DNA of 64,000 nt, from positions 1-64,000 of IMG/VR virus record IMGVR_UViG_3300025133_000027. The stretch is one strand, 5' to 3'. Source of the stretch: a virus. Positions within the stretch are counted from its first letter, which is position 1; the number at the start of each line of letters is the position of its first letter. The position numbers and the translations under genes were made by a program. Shown here piece by piece: positions 26,449 through 36,516 of this stretch. Under the pieces are notes generated by a model. That model was not told the origin of the DNA. It saw only the letters and a list, made by a program, of their open reading frames with translations, and made no database searches.

Positions 26449-26672
26449 CTGAACACTGGATATCGTTTAATGTTAATGAGCGAGGACGTATAATTCTTCA
26501 ACTCCTCTTCACCCCAGTAAGTGGCGTATATATATTCATCTGTATCTATATTATTTATATATATAATATAGTAAATGTTATTACTATAATAACCCTTGAT
26601 TCTGGGGCCACACAGATATTCTGCTCTTGTTGAATTTTTTGAACTTCCAAATGTGGTTCCTGTGAATTTCAT
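26427..26672 (-). CDS. YPVF-tail family protein
   Basis: Start MKFTG coupled by ATGA overlap; KRYPVF near C-terminus. Confidence 0.7.
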   Translation of the reverse strand: MKFTGTTFGSSKNSTRAEYLCGPRIKGYYSNNIYYIIYINNIDTDEYIYATYWGEEELKNYTSSLINIKRYPVFSYMSCAK

Positions 26673-26929
26673 TGGTTGCTCCTGAACGCTGGATATCTGC
26701 CGATGATTGTCCACTCCCCTGATTGTAGTTTTGATTTGATTTGTTTCGTGCTCCAACTTATGCCGCGATGACATCTTCCTTCTGGGTGTCCATTTTGGAG
26801 ATAGATAAAATGCACAGGATCGCCATTAAAAGCTAAATAACAAATATCTCCAATTATACATTTAAAGGTTTCATCCCCGGATTGTAAGACAATTCCTATA
26901 TAATTCAAAACATTGGCTTGGTACTTCAT
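26669..26929 (-). CDS. YPVF-tail family protein
   Basis: Ends GRYPAFRSNQ. Confidence 0.75.
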   Translation of the reverse strand: MKYQANVLNYIGIVLQSGDETFKCIIGDICYLAFNGDPVHFIYLQNGHPEGRCHRGISWSTKQIKSKLQSGEWTIIGRYPAFRSNQ

Positions 26930-26960
26930 TGCTGTATATCTCCAATTATTTTAAAAAATT

Positions 26961-27218
26961 TTATCGACATTCTTCGGGGGTCATATGTAACTGAACACAA
27001 CTAACTCCTTCTTTTCGTCCCATTGTGTAACATGCGATTAATGTCTCACAGTCATAACGTTTATAGAGCTTGGCTCGACTTGTTTTTACTACCACGGCGA
27101 TTTGTTTTGATTTTTGATGCTCTGCTTGAATACTTTTCTTCCTTACGAATAAGTAAGGTGTTACAGCCAGCATTATTACTAGTATTGCTATTATAATTGG
27201 TTGGATATTTTTATTCAT
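26961..27218 (-). CDS. membrane-anchored small protein
   Basis: N-terminal TM helix; Cys-rich tail. Confidence 0.65.
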   Translation of the reverse strand: MNKNIQPIIIAILVIMLAVTPYLFVRKKSIQAEHQKSKQIAVVVKTSRAKLYKRYDCETLIACYTMGRKEGVSCVQLHMTPEECR

Positions 27219-27340
27219 CTTGTATTTCCTTGTGTGCTTTGTTTCGCTCTTTAATTATATCAGGACATTACTTTTCCCACAATAGAATGAAACTCTTTGA
27301 GCTGCGTGTGGTATCTTGTTACCACCCTAAAGGAGAAAAC

Positions 27341-27934
27341 ATGAGAAACGCACACGAAGTATACGACGAGACAATTGAGTTGGAACGAGAACGAATCTAT
27401 GAAAAATGGTTAAAGACTGGCCTGTTGCAAGGATTGGAAGAGGATAGGGAGTTAGCAGACAAGATTGCTCGGCTTCTTGAGAATCAAGCAACTTATATGC
27501 TTGCCAATTCCATTAACCTTGGAACTGACCAAGAAGCTCAAGATTTTTGTAACATAGTTTTCCCAGTCATCCGAAGAGTATTTGGAAAGTCACGCTATGA
27601 CCATGAAACTGGTGAACTTTATGAGTTGAATATTGATTGGCATGTGATGTCACTTCCCGCTCATTATGATGAAGAAACTGACAGAGCTATCAGGACAGCA
27701 ACATATAAACTTGAAACAGAATTCCCAAATATTCAAGAAATGGCCAAGCATACTTATTATAATCTTGATGCCGAGATTGAAGCTACAAGCATGTTTTCAG
27801 AAGCAGTTGCAAAAGAACTTGAAAAACGTTGGAAAAACCAAAAAATTCACGTTTATGTTCCTTTCTGTTATGACAAGGATGGTTCCCTCTGCATGAGATG
27901 GTCTTCTCAGGAAAAAGACTGTCCTGAAGACTAA
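27341..27934 (+). CDS. short paralog of T4 gp23-like major capsid protein
   Basis: KW--TGLL-GL...ARLLENQA...FPVIRRVF and NLDAE-E-T--SE-V--EL; AAGGAG SD. Confidence 0.65.
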   Translation: MRNAHEVYDETIELERERIYEKWLKTGLLQGLEEDRELADKIARLLENQATYMLANSINLGTDQEAQDFCNIVFPVIRRVFGKSRYDHETGELYELNIDWHVMSLPAHYDEETDRAIRTATYKLETEFPNIQEMAKHTYYNLDAEIEATSMFSEAVAKELEKRWKNQKIHVYVPFCYDKDGSLCMRWSSQEKDCPED

Positions 27935-27937
27935 TTA
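27930..27937 (+). promoter_or_regulatory. putative late promoter ACTA(A/T/C)TTA
   Basis: Starts 12 nt before ATG 27942; same motif at 30820, 33998, 43092. Confidence 0.5.
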
Positions 27938-27941
27938 ATGT

Positions 27942-29315
27942 ATGGCAATCAAACTTATTATAGAATCAAAACAACTCCTAACCGAACTTAAGTGGAACGA
28001 AGTCCTTAAGCGCTTTAAGTCCAAAAAGTTTTTGAGGTTTGCGAAAAAACTCTCTCAAGACGGTGCTCTTGGTGGTGAAGCTTATTGGAAGGATCACTAT
28101 TCAACGCAACCGGGCCAACCTGCTTTCGAAAGATATCTCGAAGTCCTTGAGGACTACCTAGCTGGAAGTGAGGAAAATCCCTCGGACTTCATCCCAGAAG
28201 ATATTGAAGATAAAGAAAAAGCTGAAGCTCTTAACTGGCTTATTAGTGTTGCTATGAAAGCTCAGGCTCTTCCAAAACTAGAAGATGAAATCTATATGAG
28301 CCTTGAACTTTTTTATCAAATAAAAAACGAAGCCCCTCATTTGCTCAAAAAGAATAAATCTCTTATGACGTTTGAGGGATGGCGTCATCTTGAAGTTGTT
28401 GTTGTGAAGGCTCGTTATGAATTCATGGCTCACAGAGCCAAGAAAGAAGAAGAAGAATTTGCCCGGAAAGGTGGAGGAGAAGGCGTCAATCTTATTTATG
28501 AAGATCAGAAATGGTCAGTATATATCCCCGAAACACAGATGGCAGCACGATTCCTTGGAAGAGGAACAACTTGGTGCACAGCAACCAATCCCAAAACTTC
28601 AAGAAACCATTATCATGTCTATCACACAAAAGAAAGTCCTTTATATATCTTTATCAGCAAAGCTGACCCCACTGTTAAATACCAGTTTTCATATATGAAA
28701 ACAGACTTCGCAACCAGAGAAAATAAGCAAGCCCCAGAGCTTAAGTTTCTTGAATTAAATGAAATAATTAAAAAAATTGGCGCTCCTGTGATTGCTCCGT
28801 TCAACCTTAAAATGGCCAACAACTCTTTGATCGAGCATTTTGAAGGTGGTTATAGGACAAAAATAAGATCCGATGAGAAATACTTCAACAATGAAGGGAA
28901 GCTGCATCGAGTTGACGGCCCTGCTATGACGAACTATGATTTGAGTGGGCGACCCTCTAAGGAAACTTGGTTTGAGGATGGTATAAGACACCGCGAAGGT
29001 GGCCCTGCTGTTACATTTTTCTTTGGAGATTCCGATGAAGGGGATTCTTTCGTTTGGTTCTATAAGGGATATAAACACCGAGAAGGTGGCCCTGCTGAAC
29101 ATAGTACTGATTCAATCAGCGAGACATGGTATGACCACGGCTCTATTCACCGCGAAGATGGACCTGCCATAACATCTCTAGACTGGCTAACAAAAAAACC
29201 TATTTACAATTATTATCTCTATGGAGAAAAATTTACCAAAGAAGAGTTTGAGACTAGAACAAGTGCAGCACTTAATGAATCTCTTGAGCGTGTTCTCATG
29301 CTTGCGCGTGGCTAA
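27942..29315 (+). CDS. carrier protein: N-terminal leader + WCTA (PcfJ-like) domain + HREDGPA repeats, no cargo
   Basis: IPETQMAARFLGRGTTWCTA; four HR-(D/G)GPA repeats; ends LNESLERVLMLARG. Confidence 0.85.
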   Translation: MAIKLIIESKQLLTELKWNEVLKRFKSKKFLRFAKKLSQDGALGGEAYWKDHYSTQPGQPAFERYLEVLEDYLAGSEENPSDFIPEDIEDKEKAEALNWLISVAMKAQALPKLEDEIYMSLELFYQIKNEAPHLLKKNKSLMTFEGWRHLEVVVVKARYEFMAHRAKKEEEEFARKGGGEGVNLIYEDQKWSVYIPETQMAARFLGRGTTWCTATNPKTSRNHYHVYHTKESPLYIFISKADPTVKYQFSYMKTDFATRENKQAPELKFLELNEIIKKIGAPVIAPFNLKMANNSLIEHFEGGYRTKIRSDEKYFNNEGKLHRVDGPAMTNYDLSGRPSKETWFEDGIRHREGGPAVTFFFGDSDEGDSFVWFYKGYKHREGGPAEHSTDSISETWYDHGSIHREDGPAITSLDWLTKKPIYNYYLYGEKFTKEEFETRTSAALNESLERVLMLARG

Positions 29316-29545
29316 GATTCAATATGTTCTCTTCCAAAGACTGGGTATTTCACGTAGGCATAATTTATGAAAGCTTTTTCGATTCTGTGCTTTAGATATC
29401 TAAAGCCTCCTTCTTCTTCTAAATAGCTCTTGCCTGCATATTGGTAATATGCTCGTCTTGGCCCTAGAGTATCACCTCTATTTACCGGGACATACACCCA
29501 ATATGTGCCACAATCTAATTGATATACCATTGCATTATCACTCAT
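29312..29545 (-). CDS. YPVF-tail family protein
   Basis: KYPVFGREHIES. Confidence 0.75.
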   Translation of the reverse strand: MSDNAMVYQLDCGTYWVYVPVNRGDTLGPRRAYYQYAGKSYLEEEGGFRYLKHRIEKAFINYAYVKYPVFGREHIES

Positions 29546-29754
29546 AGGTTGCCTCCTCTAAAAACCGGATATCTCTTATATTTTAAACCATCAGTTATAT
29601 TCTTCCAGACACAATAATCCCAACCCATGATGCCGTCATGGTAAGACTTTCTGATTGGAAGATAGAATCTCCAATAGAAACCCATTGAGTTTGACCGGAC
29701 ATATAGCATTGTTGTCCCATCTTCTAAGTTAAAAGTATAACCATCATATTTCAT
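29542..29754 (-). CDS. YPVF-tail family protein
   Basis: KRYPVFRGGNL. Confidence 0.75.
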   Translation of the reverse strand: MKYDGYTFNLEDGTTMLYVRSNSMGFYWRFYLPIRKSYHDGIMGWDYCVWKNITDGLKYKRYPVFRGGNL

Positions 29755-30011
29755 TATTCACTCATAAATACTGGGTATTTGCGTATACTATGTGTGCATG
29801 TGTCGGCAACATACTGATTAATAGATCTAATGACTGTCTGTTCTGACAACAACGTCGGTGTTGTAAACCGCTCTTTTCTTGTTTTAACATATTCAGCGTA
29901 ATCATATTGCGACCCCTTCCGTCCCGTGAATATGGTAAGGGAATAGTCAATATAAAGAAAAGAATAATATTGATCGCTTAGAACAATTCCATGATATTTT
30001 TTTTGTTTCAT
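29754..30011 (-). CDS. YPVF-tail family protein
   Basis: RKYPVFMSE. Confidence 0.75.
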   Translation of the reverse strand: MKQKKYHGIVLSDQYYSFLYIDYSLTIFTGRKGSQYDYAEYVKTRKERFTTPTLLSEQTVIRSINQYVADTCTHSIRKYPVFMSE

Positions 30012-30670
30012 AATTGTGGCCTATAGTTGGGATCATTGTCAGAACACCATTTTAGCTTAAATACACTCTGCGGCACTCGCTCCTTTAAATAGACCCCTTT
30101 GATAGTAGCTTGAATATCTCTTTCGGTCATCCCATAGAGATTACCTTGAGCTGTCTTATAGGCATGGTATTCATCCATAGCGAGGTATATGGATCTCATT
30201 CTCGGAGAAAGTGAAAGCATAAATTGTGTATTAGCATCAGTAGTTGGTTCATACCCACCAGAGGTATGAACTCTGTTTATTAGATGGTTTACTTCATGAA
30301 CTAGACAGTTTATCAATTTTAAATCTTCAGTTCTTTCAACTAGACATTCATCTTGTTCTATGGTGCGTAATCTATCTGGGTTCTCTAAGAGAAGATCTCC
30401 ATAGAATCTCGCTTTTGAGAGATAGATCCTAGTAGCGTCTGCTGCTGCATCAAATTTGTCTATTTTGTCAACTGTTAATATATAAGTTCTCTTAACGGAA
30501 TCAAAATTTTCGTAAAATGGTCTATCCTTAGATATGTCCTCACCTATAACATGTATTGGAACATTTCTAGATCTTATATATTCTGCGGTATTCCTGACTA
30601 CTTGGCTGTCATGAACCTTCATTTTCTTTAAAATGTTTAAAATTTGTGGATCTTTATTTCTGTTTATCAT
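30008..30670 (-). CDS. HExxH zinc-metallopeptidase-like protein
   Basis: LVHEVNH ... DEYHAY. Confidence 0.7.
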   Translation of the reverse strand: MINRNKDPQILNILKKMKVHDSQVVRNTAEYIRSRNVPIHVIGEDISKDRPFYENFDSVKRTYILTVDKIDKFDAAADATRIYLSKARFYGDLLLENPDRLRTIEQDECLVERTEDLKLINCLVHEVNHLINRVHTSGGYEPTTDANTQFMLSLSPRMRSIYLAMDEYHAYKTAQGNLYGMTERDIQATIKGVYLKERVPQSVFKLKWCSDNDPNYRPQL

Positions 30671-30849
30671 CTTGATTCAAGTCTCCTGGTTAGTTCTTCA
30701 ATAAGTTTAGCAGCTCTTATAATTCTTTCTTGCATTTCTCTCTTATACATACCAACCTCCTTTCTTGTTTCTATTATAATATAATTATATTTTCTCGGCA
30801 ATAGTTTCAAACTTAGCAAACTATTTATTATACGAACGAGGAATTTTAA

Positions 30850-33141
30850 GTGATTAAAATCAAACTACAAACAAAAAATCTTACTCTAAGTGCAGAGGAA
30901 CAATCAGTAAGAAAAGTTCTGGCCGAATGGCAAGAAATAATGAATACTGCTGTCATCACGGAAGGTGTTCTTTATAAGCAGGGCATGAAAGATAACCAAC
31001 CTAATGGCCCAATTGCACAGTTGCAGATGAAATTAATTAAGCTAAAATTTATGAAAAAAGCCTCGCTGGGTGTTGATCAGAAATATCTTGGAACTTACGG
31101 GCTTTTAACCAAACGAGCTGTTAGAAATTTTCAAAAGAAAGCATTCCCGAATAAAAGAGACGAGTGGGACGGACAAGCTGGTAAAAGAACTCTTGATGCA
31201 CTAGGTGGTAAAGTACCGCCTGCAACAGGTTCTAGAACTAGAGCCCCTTCTACTAGACAGAGTTCAAGACTTGCAAAGCGAAAAGCAGGGACTAAAAAAT
31301 CTAAATATTTTAAAGGCAAAAAAAGACCTAATATATCATTTATCAAAAAAGCTCCATCTAGTTCAAAAATGACAACTCTTAAGCAGATTGCTATGGGGAA
31401 GCTTGGCGTAAGTGGGCAACTCAAAGCAGGTGGTAAAGGCCGTGAAGTAGAAGCTCTTAAAAGGTGGTTAGTCAGCGCTAAACTCTTTGAGGGTAACGAT
31501 CTAAGCGCGGTATATGGTTCGGGTAACGGAGCTATGACGTTGAACCTATATGATGAACATACGATAAATGCAGTTAAGAGGTATCAAGAACGGTTAAGTC
31601 TTGAAGTAACAGGAAAAATAAGCCAAGAAACTGCAATTGCGCTCATGCTTGGTATTCAACAGGTAAGACTTCCAAAAAAATCAAAAACACCACTTCGTTT
31701 TAGTGAAGAACCTAAACAAGCCAAACAAACCAAAAATATTATTTACACAAAAATATTTGGTGTACCAAACCCATCAAAGTTTGCAGTGGCAAGCATTCTA
31801 AAAAATAAAACTGATATGGTTGATCGAAGCTATCAACTAGCGTTAAGAAATGCTGTCACTAACAAAGACGAGCTTTATAGTTATATGTCTAAAGGATTCG
31901 CAACGGCTGTAAAAAATCAAGGCGGAAAAGGGGGAGCGGAATTTTATGGGTACTTTGCTGGTTTAGCCAGAAAAACGATTAAAGAAAAAGGATGGACTGT
32001 ATGGGATACTAAATTTAAAGAATTTGCATTGAACCCAATCATGTTGCGCGTTATGTCTGGCAACAATATTGACTCGGAAAAAGTGCGTTACCTCGTATCA
32101 AGTATTTTTGATATAGATACTTTAAATGCTCAAATGTTTGCTTCAAAAATGAAGAGTAATAAAACTGAATTCACAAAAAAGGAACAAAAAGTTATTAGAT
32201 ACCTTGGTGGGGAGAATAGCTATTTAGCATTCAACTTAAGAAAGACAGAACTATCTTGGGTGCTTGCATGTGGAAGAAAGAATTCTGGTTCTGGTAAGTG
32301 CAAAGCACTCAAAGAGAGAAACATAAATAACCTATCTGAAATGATTCACCCAAGCGACTTGGTTTTGAAGAAATGGAGAGCTACATCTGGCCACCTAGAT
32401 GTTTATAAAAACATAAAAGGAAAAATTAATAAAGATATAGAAAAATTGATAAATCAAAGGGAGCTTTATAAATTAAAAAACCAATCTAACTGGACTCAAA
32501 TCAATAGAATACTCCAAGTTTTCAAAGAGATTGGAAAAGGACAAAATAAAGATATACGACAGGCTAGAGACATGGGGCCTTTGCCTATTGGTGTCTATAG
32601 AGTCTCTGATTATCAAGAGAAAAGTCATAAGAGCTTCGAGGGGCATTTCAGCAGAAACATGTCAACAAAAGTTAGTGAACAGTGGAAAATAATTAAAAGT
32701 CAAAAAGAAAGAAACTTATTGATAAAACTAATGAAAAAATTTAACTTTGTGCCATCTAGGGCACGAGACTCCAAGTCAACTGTCGGAGCTGATGGTAAGA
32801 GATACAGAGGTAGACGACCCACTACTTGGAATGTAAGCTCTTTAACTTCAGCAGCTTATGCGTGGGGTCGTCAGAGGATGTGGTTGACCAAACTAAACGT
32901 TCCCGATCCGAAAGCTAGAAAAAGAAGCGGATTTTCAATTCACGGCGGCGCTGCTTTCGGCTCTTCTGGGTGTATCGACTTAGGCCCAGCTATGGGTAAT
33001 TTTTCTAGCTTTTATAAAAAAGCGGTAGGTAAGTCTGACATATTACTAATTTCAACCGCTGGAAACCTTCCTAACAGGGTTTCTAAGAAGTATTACTTAG
33101 GCAAAGAAGTTGGTAGCAACGTAGAAGGGGCATCTGTTTAG
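30850..33141 (+). CDS. peptidoglycan-binding protein with C-terminal Tlde1/DUF2778-like (L,D-transpeptidase fold) domain
   Basis: Two PG_binding_1-like repeats (T--AV--FQ...DG-AG--T); GPLP-G-Y; RSGFSIHGG...SSGCI. Confidence 0.75.
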   Translation: MIKIKLQTKNLTLSAEEQSVRKVLAEWQEIMNTAVITEGVLYKQGMKDNQPNGPIAQLQMKLIKLKFMKKASLGVDQKYLGTYGLLTKRAVRNFQKKAFPNKRDEWDGQAGKRTLDALGGKVPPATGSRTRAPSTRQSSRLAKRKAGTKKSKYFKGKKRPNISFIKKAPSSSKMTTLKQIAMGKLGVSGQLKAGGKGREVEALKRWLVSAKLFEGNDLSAVYGSGNGAMTLNLYDEHTINAVKRYQERLSLEVTGKISQETAIALMLGIQQVRLPKKSKTPLRFSEEPKQAKQTKNIIYTKIFGVPNPSKFAVASILKNKTDMVDRSYQLALRNAVTNKDELYSYMSKGFATAVKNQGGKGGAEFYGYFAGLARKTIKEKGWTVWDTKFKEFALNPIMLRVMSGNNIDSEKVRYLVSSIFDIDTLNAQMFASKMKSNKTEFTKKEQKVIRYLGGENSYLAFNLRKTELSWVLACGRKNSGSGKCKALKERNINNLSEMIHPSDLVLKKWRATSGHLDVYKNIKGKINKDIEKLINQRELYKLKNQSNWTQINRILQVFKEIGKGQNKDIRQARDMGPLPIGVYRVSDYQEKSHKSFEGHFSRNMSTKVSEQWKIIKSQKERNLLIKLMKKFNFVPSRARDSKSTVGADGKRYRGRRPTTWNVSSLTSAAYAWGRQRMWLTKLNVPDPKARKRSGFSIHGGAAFGSSGCIDLGPAMGNFSSFYKKAVGKSDILLISTAGNLPNRVSKKYYLGKEVGSNVEGASV

Positions 33142-33815
33142 GATTTATGCACATAAACTAGAATCCCGTTCTTGATTCTATCGAACATTTCTTCTGCAAG
33201 ACTATCGGGTAACATAAAACAACCTGCGCTATGAGTCATACCGTTTGCAGGATGAAAAACGATTCCCCTTTTCAGCGCATTATTATTAATACCACTTTCC
33301 AAACCTTTTAATCTTAAGCTGTAACCATACTTTCCATCATAAGTATTCAAGGTTACAAAACTACCTTTCGAGGACAAATAACTATTTGGAGTATTTGAAA
33401 ACCTACTAGCATATCTCCCTCCAGTCCTAGAAGCATGAGAGACTTTAGATCTAAAAACTGTTTTGTTTTCTTTAGTGTCATAAAGCCAGAATCTTTTAGA
33501 TGTGTATGGTAGATCAAAATTGATTATTGCGATGTATCTTTTATTCTTAACGTATCGCCTAAACTTTCTCTGTTCTTTCTTTGCGATATTAAATATGTTT
33601 TTATCAGTATTGTGTTTTACGTTTGTGCTGTTGTTCGAATTGCTATTTATTTTTATTGTTGCTGAATTCTTTCTAGCCAGTGGCTCATAATAACTGTTTG
33701 CAGTGTTTTTATTGCAATCAGATTCAAGTAACCAATTACATACATGAGAATCATCGTTACCACAAGCAACGAACATTAATAAGGACATTAGTACTAGTTT
33801 TTTCATTTCTATCAC
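33138..33815 (-). CDS. murein L,D-transpeptidase catalytic-domain (YkuD_2-type) lipoprotein
   Basis: Lipobox-like FVAC; FSNTPNS--SS-G; L-GLE-G-N-NA--RGIVFH; SAGC. Confidence 0.85.
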   Translation of the reverse strand: MIEMKKLVLMSLLMFVACGNDDSHVCNWLLESDCNKNTANSYYEPLARKNSATIKINSNSNNSTNVKHNTDKNIFNIAKKEQRKFRRYVKNKRYIAIINFDLPYTSKRFWLYDTKENKTVFRSKVSHASRTGGRYASRFSNTPNSYLSSKGSFVTLNTYDGKYGYSLRLKGLESGINNNALKRGIVFHPANGMTHSAGCFMLPDSLAEEMFDRIKNGILVYVHKS

Positions 33816-34009
33816 CTCTTAAATGACTATTTTATTTTAACCACTAGAAACTCTCTAGTGCCTCGCCTTTCTTTCTTGTTTCTATTATACTAAATATTTC
33901 GTGGCGAATCAACTAGAAAAAACTTGGGCTTGGTAAAAGCAAAAGTCACTAAATTCAGCGGAAATAAATCTGCTGAACTAATCACAAGAAAAACAGAACT
34001 ATTTACTAT

Positions 34010-34759
34010 ATGAAGAAACTTAAACGAATTTTAAAACTAGCAGAAATCAATTATGTCAATGCCAGAAACCCACATAGACATATTCCAAATAGAAATATTA
34101 TCCGTGCCAATACTATGTTTATGCTGTCCATTCTAAAAGCTAATATCCAAATAAGAGACATATTCGGTTTACATATAGGAAGAGATGAGTGGCTTAAGTC
34201 AACATTTGATATTGTAAAACAAGTTTCATTATTATCAAAATCTAAAATAAAAAAATTCTTAGGGAATGGTGCTTTCGGTGCAGCTTTTGAACTTGACAAC
34301 GGCAGGGTTTTGAAAATCGGGCGTATCCTGGATCAGGAAACCTCAAGAAAAAGTTATACTGGTATCCTATATGGTAAGTATGATGAACCAGAATTTAAAG
34401 ATATTTCAGTCAAAAATACGCTCCCGGTATTTGATAGTGGCGTCATTAAGAGACCTAGCAATTGGATTAACCGTAATCTTCAATGGTCTGAAATACCTCT
34501 CCTGAAGATGCTAGATTGGGAACAAAAGGAAGCCTGGGACGAGTTATCTGATCTACTTCATTTTATTGATGACCCTCAAGAAATTGCGAGTGTAATCGAT
34601 ATCATGGACACCAATATATTAGATAAAATCGGTGATAAAGAATCTATCATCAAAGCATTAGAAGCAACCTGCACTCTTGAGGGCGATCTTGGTGATGTTC
34701 ATGCAGATAATGTAGGACAGTTTATTCAGTCGGGAGAATTTGTCGTATTCGACAACTAA
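34010..34759 (+). CDS. minimal protein-kinase-like protein
   Basis: LGNGAFG, VLKI, WSEIP, DVHADNVG, ends VFDN. Confidence 0.8.
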   Translation: MKKLKRILKLAEINYVNARNPHRHIPNRNIIRANTMFMLSILKANIQIRDIFGLHIGRDEWLKSTFDIVKQVSLLSKSKIKKFLGNGAFGAAFELDNGRVLKIGRILDQETSRKSYTGILYGKYDEPEFKDISVKNTLPVFDSGVIKRPSNWINRNLQWSEIPLLKMLDWEQKEAWDELSDLLHFIDDPQEIASVIDIMDTNILDKIGDKESIIKALEATCTLEGDLGDVHADNVGQFIQSGEFVVFDN

Positions 34760-34770
34760 ACTATTATACT

Positions 34771-35637
34771 ATGAATGATCTAAAAAGAATATTATTGTTA
34801 GCAGAAATTAACTATATTGATGACAGAAATCCTCAAAGACAGGTTCTAAACAGGAACAACATTCGCTCAAACACATTGTATCTCTATAAAAAGCTTTTAC
34901 ATAATTTTCATCTTAGAAAAGTTTTTAGAATCAATAGTCCAAGAAATGTAAATCTAGATGTTGACGAGTACAAGAAAGAAATTCTTAAAGTTATATTTAA
35001 TATTGTAATTCAAGTCCCTCTACTTTCTCAATATAGAATCGTAAGCGTCCTTGGATCTGGTGAACTTGGGTTGGTTCTTGAAATAAAGAATGGACGAGCA
35101 TTAAAGATTGGATACGAGACAGCCTGGGAAACTCCCAAAGAGAAAAGTGTTGCTATCACATATAATATGAATGGCGAAGATCCTGATATCCTTACTTTAA
35201 ATAAAAACCTGTTACCTATTTTTGGAAATGGAACAATCAAAGTAGATAAGAAGTCTACTCTATACTTCAAAGATCGCTATGCTTTTGGGAAGGAAGGCTC
35301 TAATATGTATTGGACAGAGATTCCTCTCTTGCAAATGCTTTCTATTGATGAAAAGCACATCTGGGATAGCGTTCATTATAATACAAAGACATATCTAATG
35401 AATCTTGGAAAGGAACATTTGTTTAAAAATCCTCAAGAATTAGAATCTGAAATTATTGAAGATCTTATTAAATGGTCTACAACTAGGACACTTAGCACAG
35501 ACGATCGACAGGTTCTCTCAAGAATGATGAAAGCTGTTCTTGCTCAGGTTAAAGTTGATGGCCATTTTAAAGATGCCCACGGTGACAACGTAGGTAAGTT
35601 TATTCAGTCCGGTGATTATGTAGTCTTTGACAATTAG
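34771..35637 (+). CDS. minimal protein-kinase-like protein (paralog)
   Basis: LGSGELG, ALKI, DAHGDNVG, ends VFDN. Confidence 0.8.
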   Translation: MNDLKRILLLAEINYIDDRNPQRQVLNRNNIRSNTLYLYKKLLHNFHLRKVFRINSPRNVNLDVDEYKKEILKVIFNIVIQVPLLSQYRIVSVLGSGELGLVLEIKNGRALKIGYETAWETPKEKSVAITYNMNGEDPDILTLNKNLLPIFGNGTIKVDKKSTLYFKDRYAFGKEGSNMYWTEIPLLQMLSIDEKHIWDSVHYNTKTYLMNLGKEHLFKNPQELESEIIEDLIKWSTTRTLSTDDRQVLSRMMKAVLAQVKVDGHFKDAHGDNVGKFIQSGDYVVFDN

Positions 35638-35644
35638 GAGAAGT

Positions 35645-36508
35645 ATGGATAACTTAGAAAGAATATTGCGTTTAGCCGAGATCAACTATGTTTCTGGAAG
35701 AAACCCTCAGAGGTATGTTCCGAATAGGAATATCCTTAGGTATAACTTCAACAGAATTATTGAAATATCAAAAGACCATCAGGCAAATACTTTTGCAAAG
35801 AATCTAGGAATAGCTGCAATAGAAAAAAGGGATCCATATGGCTGGATGGGTCTTTCTTATGAAGCAACTCCCAAGAAGGTGTTCACATTACTAACAAAAA
35901 TTCCATTGCTATCACAATACAAGATCGAAAAGATGCTCGGAATGGGATATTTTGGAGTTGTTTTTAAACTATCTAATGGTAGAGCACTTAAAATTTCTAG
36001 AGAAATCACGCAAGATTATTCAGAGAATGGTAAGTATGTTGGGATAACTTATGGAGATGATAAAGTCCATCAGATGTCAGTCTCAACTTTTGCTGTTTTT
36101 GATCATGGAGAATTTGATGAGGAAGGACTAAAAGGATCATGGTCCGAAATTCCGCTTATAGAACCTCTTAAGAGAAATGATAAGGAGCTCTGGAGACAAA
36201 CTGGTTTTGGTTTCGGCTATCTAGCACGGAAACAAAAAATTGCATTTCATAACGCCATGGATAGTGATGACGAAGATAAGATGATGCATGAAATATTCAA
36301 CCTAGGAATTCCGAAGTATCAAACTGTTTGGGTTGGTGGTCCAGAATATAAAGACTATGCAGAAACATATGGTATAAGAAAAACTCGAAATATGATCAGA
36401 GCTTATATGACAAGATATAAAATTGATGGACACGTAAATGATGCTCATGATGGCAATGTTGGAACACTAATCCAAGATCCAGACGTTTACGTTATTTTTG
36501 ATAACTAG
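35645..36508 (+). CDS. minimal protein-kinase-like protein (paralog)
   Basis: Start MDNLERILRLAEINY after AGGAG; LGMGYFG, DAHDGNVG, ends IFDN. Confidence 0.8.
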   Translation: MDNLERILRLAEINYVSGRNPQRYVPNRNILRYNFNRIIEISKDHQANTFAKNLGIAAIEKRDPYGWMGLSYEATPKKVFTLLTKIPLLSQYKIEKMLGMGYFGVVFKLSNGRALKISREITQDYSENGKYVGITYGDDKVHQMSVSTFAVFDHGEFDEEGLKGSWSEIPLIEPLKRNDKELWRQTGFGFGYLARKQKIAFHNAMDSDDEDKMMHEIFNLGIPKYQTVWVGGPEYKDYAETYGIRKTRNMIRAYMTRYKIDGHVNDAHDGNVGTLIQDPDVYVIFDN

Positions 36509-36516
36509 GGATAATT

